Positions 23,701 to 35,700 of a DNA stretch of 64,000 bases are shown one piece after another; position 1 is the stretch's first letter, and each line of letters opens with the position of its first letter. Source of the stretch: Mobula hypostoma (lineage: Eukaryota). The notes beneath the pieces were generated by a model, which searched no databases, was not told the origin of the DNA, and was given only the letters and a program-made list of their open reading frames with translations. The translations under genes were made by a program, and so were the position numbers. The DNA is taken from contig NC_086107.1 of NCBI RefSeq assembly GCF_963921235.1, positions 116,252,001-116,316,000 on the forward strand, given 5' to 3'.

Positions 23701-26700
23701 CTGCTCTCTCCCTGGACTCATCTCTCCAGAGTCTACACTGTACCTAGCCTCTGCCTCCGGTTCTCCGACCTGCGCTCACTCACCCTGATCGTCTCCGCGC
23801 TGCCCTCTGATTTCGGGTCTCCCCACCTCCGGAGACTCTACCCTCGCTCTTACCCTCTGGGTCCCCATGCTCACCCTCCCACACTCTGAACCCGCGGGTC
23901 TCCCCATTTTCCCTGTGTCTTACCTGTCTTCTCCCCAGCGGCTCCGTTGGCTCTCCCTCACCTTGTGTCCCCCCCCCACTACCTACTACCTGCCAGTCTG
24001 CCTCCCACTCTGTACCACCACAATACCCCAATGACATAGGGAGGAAAAGGGATGAGGTCCTGAAAGGAGAATATAGGGAGTTGAGAAAAAGGACCGCAAA
24101 GGTAGTAATCTCGGGATTACTGCCTGTGCCACGTGACAGTGAGAGTAGGAATGCGATGAGGTGGAGGATAGATGCGTGGCTGAGGGATTGGAGCAGGGGG
24201 CAGGGATTCAAGTTTTTGGATCATTGGGACCTCTTTTGGCGCAGGTGTGACCTGTACAAAAAGGACAGGTTACACTTGAATCCTAGGGGGACCAATATCC
24301 TGGCAGGGAGATTAGCGGGGGCTACTGAGGTGACTTTAAACTAGAATGGTTGGGGGGTGGGAATCAAATTAAAGAGGCTAGGCGTGAGGAGGTTAGTTCA
24401 CAACAGGGGGATGGGAACCAGTGCAGAGAGACAGAGGGGTGTAAAGTGAGGGTAGAAGCAAAAAGTACTAAGGAGAAAAGTAAAAGTGGCAGGCCGACAA
24501 ATCCAGGGCAAGCATTAAAAAGGGCCACTTTTCAACATAATTGTATAAGGGCTAAGAGAGTTGTAAAAGAGCGCCTGAAGGCTTTGTGTGTCAATGCAAG
24601 GAGCATTCGTAATAAGGTGGATGAATTGAAAGTGCAGATTGTTATTAATGATTATGATATAGTTGGGGTCACAGAGACATGGCTCCAGGGTGACCAAGGA
24701 TGGGAGCTCAATGTTCAGGGATATTCAATATTCAGCAGGGATAGACATAGAAACATAGAAAATAGGTGCAGGAGTAGGCCATTCGGCCCTTCGAGCCTGC
24801 ACTGCCATTTATTATGATCATGGCTGATCATCCAACTCAGAACCCCGCCCCAGCCTTCCCTCCATACCCCCTGATCCCTTTAGCCACAAGGGCCATATCT
24901 AACTCCCTCTTAAATATAGCCAATGAACTGGCCTCAACTGTTTCTTGTGGCAGGGAATTCCACAGATTCACCACTCTCTGTGTGAAGAAGTTTTTCCTAA
25001 TCTCGGTCCTAAAAGGCTTCCCCTCTATCCTCAAACTGTGGCCCCTTGTTCTGGACTTCCCCAACATCGGGATTTTATACGTTTCAATCAGATCCCCCCT
25101 CAATCTTCTAAATTCCAACGAGTACAAGCCCAGTTCATCCAGTCTTTCTTCATATGAAAGTCCTGCCATCCCAGGAATCAATCTGGTGAACCTTCTTTGT
25201 ACCCCCTCTATGGCAAGGATGTCTTTCCTCAGATTAGGGGACCAAAACTGCACACAATACTCCAGGTGTGGTCTCACCAAGGCCTTGTACAACTGCAGTA
25301 GTACCTCCCTGCTCCTGTACTCGAATCCTCTCGCTATAAATGCCAGCATACCATTCGCCTTTTTCACCGCCTGCTGTACCTGCATGCCCACTTTCAATGA
25401 CTGGTGTATAATGACACCCAGGTCTCGTTGCACCTCCCCTTTTCCTAATTGGCCACCATTCAGATAATAATCTGTTTTCCTGTTTTTGCCACCAAAGTGG
25501 ATAACTTCACATTTATCCACATTAAATCCACGTCTTCTGCCCCTTAGTGTTACGCAGCTCTACCCATATCGATTCCACATCTTCCCGGCTTATGTCCTTC
25601 CTTTCTATTGCGTTAATCTCTTCTTTAACCAGCAACGCCACCCCACCTTCCCTTCCTTCATGTCTATCCCTCCTGAATATTGAATATCCCTGAACGTTGA
25701 GCTCCCATCCCTGGTCACCCTGGAGCCATGTCTCTGTGATCCCAACTATATCATAATCATTAATAACAATCTGCACTTTTAATTCATCCACCCTGTTACG
25801 AATGCTCCTTGCATTGACACATAAAGCCTTCAGGTGCTCTTTTACAACTCTCTTAGCCCTTATACAATTATGTTGAAAAGTGGCCCTTTTTAATGCTTGC
25901 CCTGGATTTGTCGGCCTGCCACTTTTACTTTTCTCCTTAGTACTTTTTGCTTCTACCCTCACTTTACACCCCTCCGTCTCTCTGCACTGGTTCCCATCCC
26001 CCTGTTGTGAACTAACCTCCTCACGCCTAGCCTCTTTAATTTGATTCCCACCCCCCAACCATTCCAGTTTAAAGTCACCTGAGTAGCCCCCGCTAGTCTC
26101 CCTGCCAGGATATTGGTCCCCCTAGGATTCAAGTGTAACCCGTGAAGGAAGGGGAGGTGGGGTGGCGTTGCTGGGTAAAGAAGAGATTAACGCAATAGAA
26201 AGGAAGGACGTAAGCCGGGAAGATGTGGAATCGATATGGGTAGAGCTGCGTAACACTAAGGGGCAGAAGACGCTGGTGGGAGTTGTGTACAGGCCACCTA
26301 ACAGTAGTAGTGAGGTCGGAGATGGTATTAAACAGGAAATTAGAAATGTGTGCAATAAAGGAACAGCAGTTATAATGGGTGACTTCAATCTACATGTAGA
26401 TTGGGTGAACCAAATTGGTAAAGGTGCTGAGGAAGAGGATTTCTTGGAATGTATGCGGGATGGTTTTTTGAACCAACATGTCGAGGAACCAACTAGAGAG
26501 CAGGCTATTCTGGACTGCGTTTTGAACAGTGAGGAAGGGTTAATTATCAATCTTGTTGTGAGAGGCCCCTTGGGTAAGAGTGACCATAATATGGTGGAAT
26601 TCTTCATTAAGATGGAGACTGACATAGTTAATTCAGAAACAAAGGTTCTGTACTTAAAGAGGGGTAACTTTGAAGGTATGAGACGTGAATTAGCTAAGGT

Positions 26701-29700
26701 AGACTGGCAAATGACACTTAAAGGATTGACGGTGGATATGCAATGGCAGGCATTTAAAGGTTGCATGGATGAACTACAACAATTGTTCATCCCAGTTTGG
26801 CAAAAGAATAAATCAAGGAAGGTAGTGCACTCGTGGCTGACAAGAGAAATTAGGGATAGTATCAATTCCAAAGAAGAAGCATACAAATTAGCCAGAGAAA
26901 GTGGCTCACCTGAGGACTGGGAGGAATTCAGAGTTCAGCAGAGGAGGACAAAGGGCTTAATTAGGAAGGGGAAAAAAGATTATGAGAGAAAACTGGCAGG
27001 GAACATAAAAACGTAAAAGCTTTTATAGATATGTAAAAAGGAAAAGACTGGTAAAGACAAATGTAGGTCCCCTACAGACAGAAACAGGTGAATTGATTAT
27101 GGGGAGCAAGGACATGGCAGACCAATTGAATAATTACTTTGGTTCTGTCTTCACTAAGGAGGACATAAATAATCTTCCAGAAATAGTAAGGGACAGAGGG
27201 TCCAGTGAGATGGAGGAACTGAGTGAAATACATGTTAGTAGGGAAGTGGTGTTAGGTAAATTGAAGGGATTGAAGGCAGATAAATCCCCAGGACCAGATG
27301 GTCTGCATCCTGGAGTGCTTAAGGAAGTAGGCCAAGAAATAGTGGATGCATTAGTGATAATTTTTCAAAACTTGTTAGATTCTGGACTAGTTCCTGAGGA
27401 TTGGAGGGTGGCTAATGTAACCCCACTTTTTAAAAAAGGAGGGAGAGAGAAACTGGGGAATTATAGACCGGTTAGCCTAACGTCGGTGGTGGGGAAACTG
27501 CTGGAGTCAGTTATCAAGGATGTGATAACAGCACATTTGGAAAGTGGTGAAATGATCGGACAAAGTCAGCATGGATTTGTGAAAGGAACATCATGTCTGA
27601 CGAATCTCATAGAATTTTTTGAGGATGTAACTAGTAGAGTGGATAGGGGAGAACCAGTGGATGTGGTATATTTGGATTTTCAAAGGGCTTTTGACAAGGT
27701 CCCACACAGGAGATTAGTGTGTAAACTTAAAGCACACGGTATTGGGGGTAAGGTATTGGTGTGGGTGGAGAATTGGTTGGCAGACAGGAAGCAAAGAGTG
27801 GGAATAAACGGGACCTTTTCAGAATGGCAGGCAGTGACTAGTGGGGTACCACAAGGCTCAGTGCTGGGACCCCAGTTGTTTACAATATATATTAATGACT
27901 TGGATGAGGGAATTAAATGCAGCATCTCCAAGTTTGCGGATGACACGAAGCTGGGTGGCAGTGTTAGCTGTGAGGAGGATGCTAAGAGGATGCAGGGTGA
28001 CTTGGATAGGTTGGGTGAGTGGGCAAATTCATGGCAGATACAATTTAATGTGGATAAATGTGAAGTTATCCACTTTGGTGGCAAAAATAGGAAAAACAGA
28101 TTATTATCTGAATGGTGGCCGATTAGGAAAAGGGGAGGTGCAACGAGACCTGGGTGTCGTTATACACCAGTCATTGAAAGTGGGCATGCAGGTACAGCAG
28201 GCGGTGAAAAAGGCAGATGGTATGCTGGCATTTATAGCGAGAGGATTCGAGTACAGGAGCAGGGAGGTACTACTGCAGTTGTACAAGACCTTAGTGAGAC
28301 CACACCTGGAGTATTCCGCCACCTCCAACGGGATCCCACCACTAAGCATATCTTTCCCTCCCCCCCTCTCTCTGCATTCCGCAGGGATCGCTCCCTACAC
28401 AACTCCCTTGTCCATTCGTCCCCCCCATCCCTCCCCACTGATCTCCCTCCTGGCACTTATCCGTGTAAGCGGAACAAGTGCTACACATGCCCTTACACTT
28501 CCTCCCTTACCACCATTCAGGGCCCCAAACAGTCCTTCCAGGTGAGGCATCACTTCACCTGTGAGTTGACTGGGGTGATATACTGCATCCGGTGCTCCCG
28601 ATGTGGCCTTTTATATATTGGTGAGACCCGACGCAGACTGGGAGACCGCTTTGCTGAACATCTACGCTCTGTCCGCCAGAGAAAGCAGGATCTCCCAGTG
28701 GCCACACATTTTAATTCCACATCCCATTCCCATTCTGACATGTCTATCCACGGCCTCCTCTACTGTAAAGATGAAGCCACACTCAGGTTGGAGGAACAAC
28801 ACCTTATATTCCGTATGGGTAGCCTCCAACCTGATGGCATGAACATTGACTTCTCTAACTTCCGCTAGGCCCCACCTCCCCCTCGTACCCCATCTGTTAC
28901 TCTTTTTTATGCACACATTCTTTCTCTCACTCTCCTTTTTCTCCCTCTGTCCCTCTGAATATACCTCTTGCCCATCCTCTGGGTCACCCACCCCCCTTGT
29001 CTTTCTTCCCGGACCTCCTGTCCCATGATCCTCTCGTATCCCCTTCTGCCTATCACCTGTCCAGCTCTCGGCTCTATCCCTCTCCCTCCTGTCTTCTCCT
29101 ATCATTTTGCATCTCCCCCTCCCCCTCCAGCTTTCAAATCCCTTACTCACTCTTCCTTCAGTTAGTCCTGACGAAGGGTCTCGGCCTGAAACGTCGACTG
29201 TGCCTCTTCCTATAGATGCTTCCTGGCCTGCTGCATTCACCAGCAACTTTGATGTATGTTGCTGGAGTATTGTGTGCAGTTTTGGTCCCCTAATCTGAGG
29301 AAAGACATCCTTGCCATAGAGGGAGTACAAAGAAGGTTCAGCAGATTGATTCCTGGGATGGCAGGACTTTCATATGAAGAAAGACTGGATGAACTGGGCT
29401 TGTACTCGTTGGAATTTAGAAGATTGAGGGGGGATCTGATTGAAACGTATAAGATCCTAAAGGGATTGGACAGGCTAGATGCAGGAAGATTGTTCCCGAT
29501 GTTGGGGAAGTCCAGAACGAGGGGTCACAGTTTGAGGATAGAGGGGAAGCCTTTCAGGACCGAGATTAGGAAAAACTTCTTCACACAGAGAGTGGTGAAT
29601 CTGTGGAATTCTCTGCCACTGGAAACAGTTGAGGCCAGTTCATTGGCTATATTTAAGAGGGAGTTAGATATGGCCCTTGTGGCTACGGGGGTCAGGGGGT

Positions 29701-32700
29701 ATAGAGGGAGGGCTGGGGCGGGGTTCTGAGTTGGATGATCAGCCATGATCATAATAAATGGCGGTGCAGGCTCGAAGGGCCGAATGGCCTACTCCTGCAC
29801 CTATTTTCTATATCCTTTCCCTGCCCTCTCCCCAGCAGTACACTGGCTCCTACTGACCTGTCATTTGCTCTCTCTGTCTCTCTCTTGCCCTCCCTCCCTT
29901 AGGTTGGGGGAGATGTACCAGAAACAAACTATCTGTTCATGGGTGACTTTGTGGACCGAGGCTTCTACAGTGTAGAAACATTCCTCCTGCTCCTCGCTCT
30001 GAAGGTGAGGGAGCCTCGCCATGAGTCCGAGATCGGGAATGCGTGATGGGATGGTGTGGAGGGAGTTTCACTCTGTGTCTCACCCTGGGAGTGTATGATG
30101 GGACGGTGTGGAGGGAGTTCCACTCTGTGTCTGACCCCGGGAGTGTGTGATGGGACGGTGTGGAGGGAGTTTCACTCTGTGTCTGACCCCGGGAGTGTGT
30201 GATGGGACGGTGTAGAGGGAGATTCACTCTGTGTCTGACCCCGGGAGTGTGTGATGGGACGGTGTGGAGGGAGTTTCACTCTGTGTCTGACCCCGGGAGT
30301 GTGTGATGGGACGGTGTGGAGGGAGTTTCACTCTGTGTCTGACCCCGGGAGTGTGTGATGGGACGGTGTGGAGGGAGTTTCACTCTGTGTCTGACCCCGG
30401 GACTGTGTGATGGGACGGTGTGGAGGGAGATTCACTCTGTGTCTGACCCCGGGAGAGTGTGATGGGATGGTGTGGAGGGAGAGTCACTGTGTGTCTGATC
30501 CTTTTTTTTTAAACAAAATTCTTTATTACAATGTCAGTGCCATACAATATGTACAAAAAACAGTGACTAACACATTTACTTAACTACAAACAGACAATAC
30601 ATCTTAAGCCAATATATTGCCATCCTCATCAATGATGGCACTTACACCCCGCGGAGCCCAACGGTCCCGGAACACCTCTACGGTCGCCGTGGACTGTGCG
30701 TATTCCTTTTCAATGTTCACCCGGGCACGAACATACCCGCTAAACATAGCCAGGCAGTCCGTCTGGAGAGAACCTTCTGCCACCCTTTTCCATGAGCCAC
30801 GAATGGCAATTTTCGCCAGCCCCAGGAGCAAGTTGACAAGGACATCCTCATCCCTCTGTGCCCCCCTCCTTACTGGATGACCATATATGAATAGGGTGGG
30901 ACTGAAATGCAACCAGAAGGCGAGAAGCAGCCCACGCAAATACGCGAAAAGGGGCTGCAGCCTCACACACTCCACGTACATGTGGTACACGGTCTCCTCC
31001 AGCAGAAGTGACACGCGGCTGGGAGATCCGTGTACTGACTAAAGAACTTATTGCAGGGCACCGCTTTGTGCAGCACCCTCCAGCCGAGATCCCCAAGGTG
31101 CATGGGGAGGACTCCCTTGTAAAGGGACTTCCATTGGGGACCCCCCTCACCTCCAGGTGGAAAGACCGACCGCCATGGCGTGTCGGGACGGTGGACAAAG
31201 GCTAGGAAGTGGAGGGTGTGGAGCAGCAGCCCATAAAGGTACCTCCTGCCTGCATCCCTGAATGGGATTGTGGGTGTCGATGAAAGACGGCTCAAGTTGT
31301 GTGGATTCGTCTCTCGGGTAAGGCTGCGGGGCCTGGGCCCGACGAGCAGCTCAGCCTGAGTCGATCCACACACCTGAGCCGCACCGACATCTGCTGAGGT
31401 AGGGCAAGGGTCGGCCAGGACCCCACCCTCTGCCAGAGGAGGGGATTCCCGGCCTGAGGCAACCATGTTCCAGACTCTCAGTAGGTCCTGATAGAAGCCT
31501 GGCAGCCTCTGCAAAGCAGCACGGCTGACGCCTGCCGGTGGTAGCTGCATATCTTCGTGAAGGCAGCAGCCCCTCCGGAGGAAGAAAGTCGCCAACACGT
31601 GCCACCTGGGAGGGCGCTCGGCGTACAGGAATCTCTGCAGAGTCCTGAGGCGGAGAGCCGCCAGTCGTGTGCGTACACACACCAGCGACTGTCCGCCCTC
31701 TCCTACTGGGAGACTCAGAACCGCTGCAGAGACCCAGTGTTTCCTGTTTCCCCAGTAGAAGTCCACCAGCTTCCTCTGCATTCTCGCGACAAAAGGTGCG
31801 GGGGGGCCAAGGTGACCATCCGGTACCACAACATGGAGGCCACCAGCTGGTTTATGACCACCACCCTGCCTCGATAGGAAAGCACCCTGAGAAGGCCTGA
31901 CCAGCGCCCTAGCCGGACCATGACCTTTGTCTCCAGGTCCTGCCAGTTCGCCAGCCAGGTCTCCCCAGAAGGACTCAGGTAGACCCCCAGATAGAGAAGG
32001 CGTCTGGTGCTCCACTCAAAAGCTCTCATCTCCTCCGGCAGGGAGTCCACCTGCCACTGGCCGACTAAGAGTCCGGAACATTTCGCCCAGTTGATCCTCG
32101 CGGAGGATGCCGCCGAGAAAACATCTTGGCACTCGCGCATCCTCCGCAGGTCACAGGGGTCTGTCATCATGAGGAGTACGTCATCGGCGTAGGCCGAGAG
32201 GACGACCTCCATGTCCGGTTCGCGCAGAACCAGACCTGTCAGCCTTCACCGAAGAAGGCTGAGGAATGGCTCGACACAGATCACATACAGTTGACCGGAC
32301 ATGGGGCACCCTTGACGCACACCTCTTCGGAAGTGGATAGGTCCTGTCAGTGATCCGTTAATCTTAACTGGGCACTCTGCGGCAGAGTACAGGAGCCGAA
32401 CTCGGGCCACAAGTGTGGTCCGAGCCCAAAAGCCTGCAGGGTGCCCAGCAGGAAACTGTGGTCCACCCGGTCAAACGCCTTCTCCTGGTCAAGAGAAAGA
32501 AACGCTGCCGGGGTCCCAGTCTCCTGGAGTAGGTGGATCAGGTCCCGTACTAGGTGGACATTGTCCTGGATGGAGCGGCCCGGGACTGTGTAAGATTGGT
32601 CAGGATGGACCACCTGTCCAATTACCGAACCCAGACGGTTGGCCATTGCCCGGGCGAAGATCTTGTAGTCCGCGCACAAGAGGGAGACCGGCCGCCAGTT

Positions 32701-35700
32701 CTTTAGCAGGCGGAGGTCTCCCTTCTTGGGCAGTAGGACCACAACAGCTCTTCGCCATGAGAAGGGCATTTCTCCAGTGGCTAGGCTCTCCCCTAGGGCA
32801 AGGCTGTAATCATCCCCCAGGACATCCCAAAAAGCCTGATAAAACTCAACACTCAGTCCATCCAAACCAGGGGACTTGCCCCTCCGGAGTTGCCGAAGGG
32901 CAGTGGACAGCTCCTCCCGAGTCAGGGGGGCGTCCAGACGCACTGCGTCCTCTGGGCTGACCTTAGGCAAATCCTTCCAGACCTCATTACACGCCTCCGC
33001 ATTTGACGGATCAGGCGAGAATAAGGACCGATAGAATGAACGGACTTCGTTGTTAATTCCATCAGGGTCCGTGATGGAGGAGCCATCGGCAGCCAGCAGC
33101 TCCACTAGCTGCTTCTGAACTCCCCGCCACCTCTCCAACGAGTAGAAGAAGGGTGAGCCACGGTCCAAATCCTGCAGCATTTGGATCCGTGACCTCACGT
33201 ACGCACCTCGGGACTACTGAAGCTGCAGGTTCCTTAGTGCGTCCTTCTTCTCCTGGTATTCCTGCCACAGCTGCTGGTCTCCAGCGGTCGGACCGAGGCG
33301 GGACTCCAGGTCAAGCAACGCTCTCTCAAGCCACTCAACCTCAGAGCCCCGCCTCTTTGTCGACCCCCTAGTGTACTCCCGGCATAAAAACCAGATGTGG
33401 GCTTTGCCCACATCCCACCATAGCCGTAGGGAGCAGAACTCTCTCCGCCTCTCCTTCCAGGAGACCCAGAACGCTCGGAACGAATCCCGGAATCGGCTGT
33501 CCTCCAGCAGCCGGTTGTTAAAATGCCAATACCCGGATCCCACCCGAGGGTGTAGTGGAATAAATTCCATCCACACAAGGTGATGATCCGAGCACGACAC
33601 TGGCCGCATGGAGGACGCCGACACGCGGGAGGCATAGGCCCGAGAGATGTAAATGCGGTCTATCCTGGAACCTCCTTCTCTAGACCTTCTCGAGAAGGCG
33701 CTAGAGTTGGGGTGAAGATTCCGCCAGCTGTCCACCAAGTCAAAGGAGCCGACTAGCTCCTTTAACTTTTTTGCTGATGCTGGGTCACGTTGGAGGCCCG
33801 ATCGGTCCACCGCCTCGAGGGTGCAATTGAAGTCTCCCCCGAGGATGACGCAGTCCCCAGGATCGATGGAGCTCAGCAGGGTGGACAGCTGGCAGAATAG
33901 GCGTGTCTGCATCACACCGCGCCTGGGAGCGTACACATTGATAAAATGCAATGGTATGCCATCCAGGCGCACAACCAGGTGGAGCAGACAGCCGGGCACA
34001 ACGTCCTGGACTCTTTCAATTACTGGCTGGAAGGTCGGGGCCAACAGGATCGCCACCCCGCTAGAAATGGAGCTGAGGTGGCTCATGTAGACCCTGCCCT
34101 GCCACTCCAGGAGCCAAGCAGACTCGTCCCCAGGGATGGTATGGGTTTCCTGCAGGAAACTCACCGTATACTGCCCATCCCTGAGGACTGAGAGATTGTT
34201 ATGCCTGCGAAGAGGACCCCTGCTGCCGTTTACATTGAGACTAGCTATGGTAAGCTTCATGGCGGGAGCACACAAGGTCTCAGCAGCTGTGCCCATTCCG
34301 GTGAGAGCGGAGGCGCCTTCCACCACACTGTCCGGAAAGAAAGCAAGGATACCTTTTGCTTTCCGGGCTCGAGCGGTACCAGCAACACCCTGTGACCCAC
34401 CATCCCCCGTTGGAGCGAGGCTGCTTCTCCCTCTGATGTCCCTTACTAGGTCATCCAGGAAAGATTTTAGTTGCCGTCTGTCGTTCCCCACCACCGCATT
34501 CCTCTTTCCCTTTCCCTTTCGTCTGAGGATGACTCGCAGGGACCTCACCAGCCTCGGCATGCTGGGCCAGCGAAGCGAGGCTAGTTGAGGCCGGTGCTTG
34601 GCACCCTCAGAGGTGAGAATGAAATGCTTAATTTCCTCTACAGGTATCAATGGGGATTTCTCAGGAGGGGGAGGATGTCCATTGTTTCACTATGGAAGGA
34701 GTCCCCCTCCAACCCGTCACTGCAGACAGAATCCCCATCGGCCTCCCCGCATGTTCCAATAGATGGCTGCGCCTGTGACCCACACCGCGCAGCGGGCACC
34801 TCGCTCATACCTGCCCGCTCCACCGTCGCATCAGTCTCATCCACATTTGCGACAGTGGAGGGACAATCCCCAGGGACTCCCTGCAAGTCATTTATTGCTG
34901 GGGTCGACGTGCACAGAATATCGTCCTCCGCAGGGGGCAGGTATAGAGGGGAACCCGGCACCTTTGGTCCAGGGGATTCACAAGCAGTCTGGTGCTGAGA
35001 GTGAGAGAGCTTTGTCTCATCTCCTCTTACACTATTCGGTACACTTACCTACAGAGAGCCGCTGACTTGTAGGTCCTGGGTGGAGGCCTCCAGGGCTGCC
35101 TCATTTGTGCAAACAGGCCTATCACAAGCTTTTTGCACAACCACACCATCTACCCCAGGACTGGTGGCTACATCTGGGGACTCAGGTTTAGAACCAACCC
35201 CTACCCGGATTCCCACCCCTTCCTGGGACTCCCCCGCATCTACATCCGCTGCCCTCTAGCAGGAACGTTCCCTTCTCCTCTTCACGCCGGAGGAGCTCAC
35301 AGGTGCAGGATTCACCGATGGGGCGGTGCTCTCTGTTTCCATCGCCCCGTCTGCTTGCGCACCTCCCCGAGCCCCACGCTCCACTTCAGGCGAAATGGGC
35401 GTGAGCTCTGCGGCCTCAAAGGCTGGCTTCTTACTGTGTTTGGATTTCCCCTTTGCCTTCTTACTCCACACAGACTCCACCCCGTCCCCCACCTGAACCA
35501 CAGGGAGAGGAGCAGGGACCGACCCAACCGTAGGAGTAGGGACAGGGGTAGGGGTAGGGGCAGGGTGAGAGGCTGGGGCAGGATCATGGGCGGGGGCAGG
35601 GTCAGATGCAGCTGGGGCACTGGTGCCCGAAGTGGGCCCCCTCGGGTTCCGGGCGGCAGGACAGTCCCTCCGAAAGTGCCCCACCTCCCTGCACGCATGG

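Larger units (their letters stand above)
24022..29810 (+). mobile_element. CR1 LINE (end of ORF1 SGNH domain plus ORF2 APE-RT), interrupted by two insertions
   Basis: [12 protein letters not shown] (ORF1), [40 protein letters not shown]; 3' UTR ends cctattttcta at ~29810. Contains frameshifts. Confidence 0.92.
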
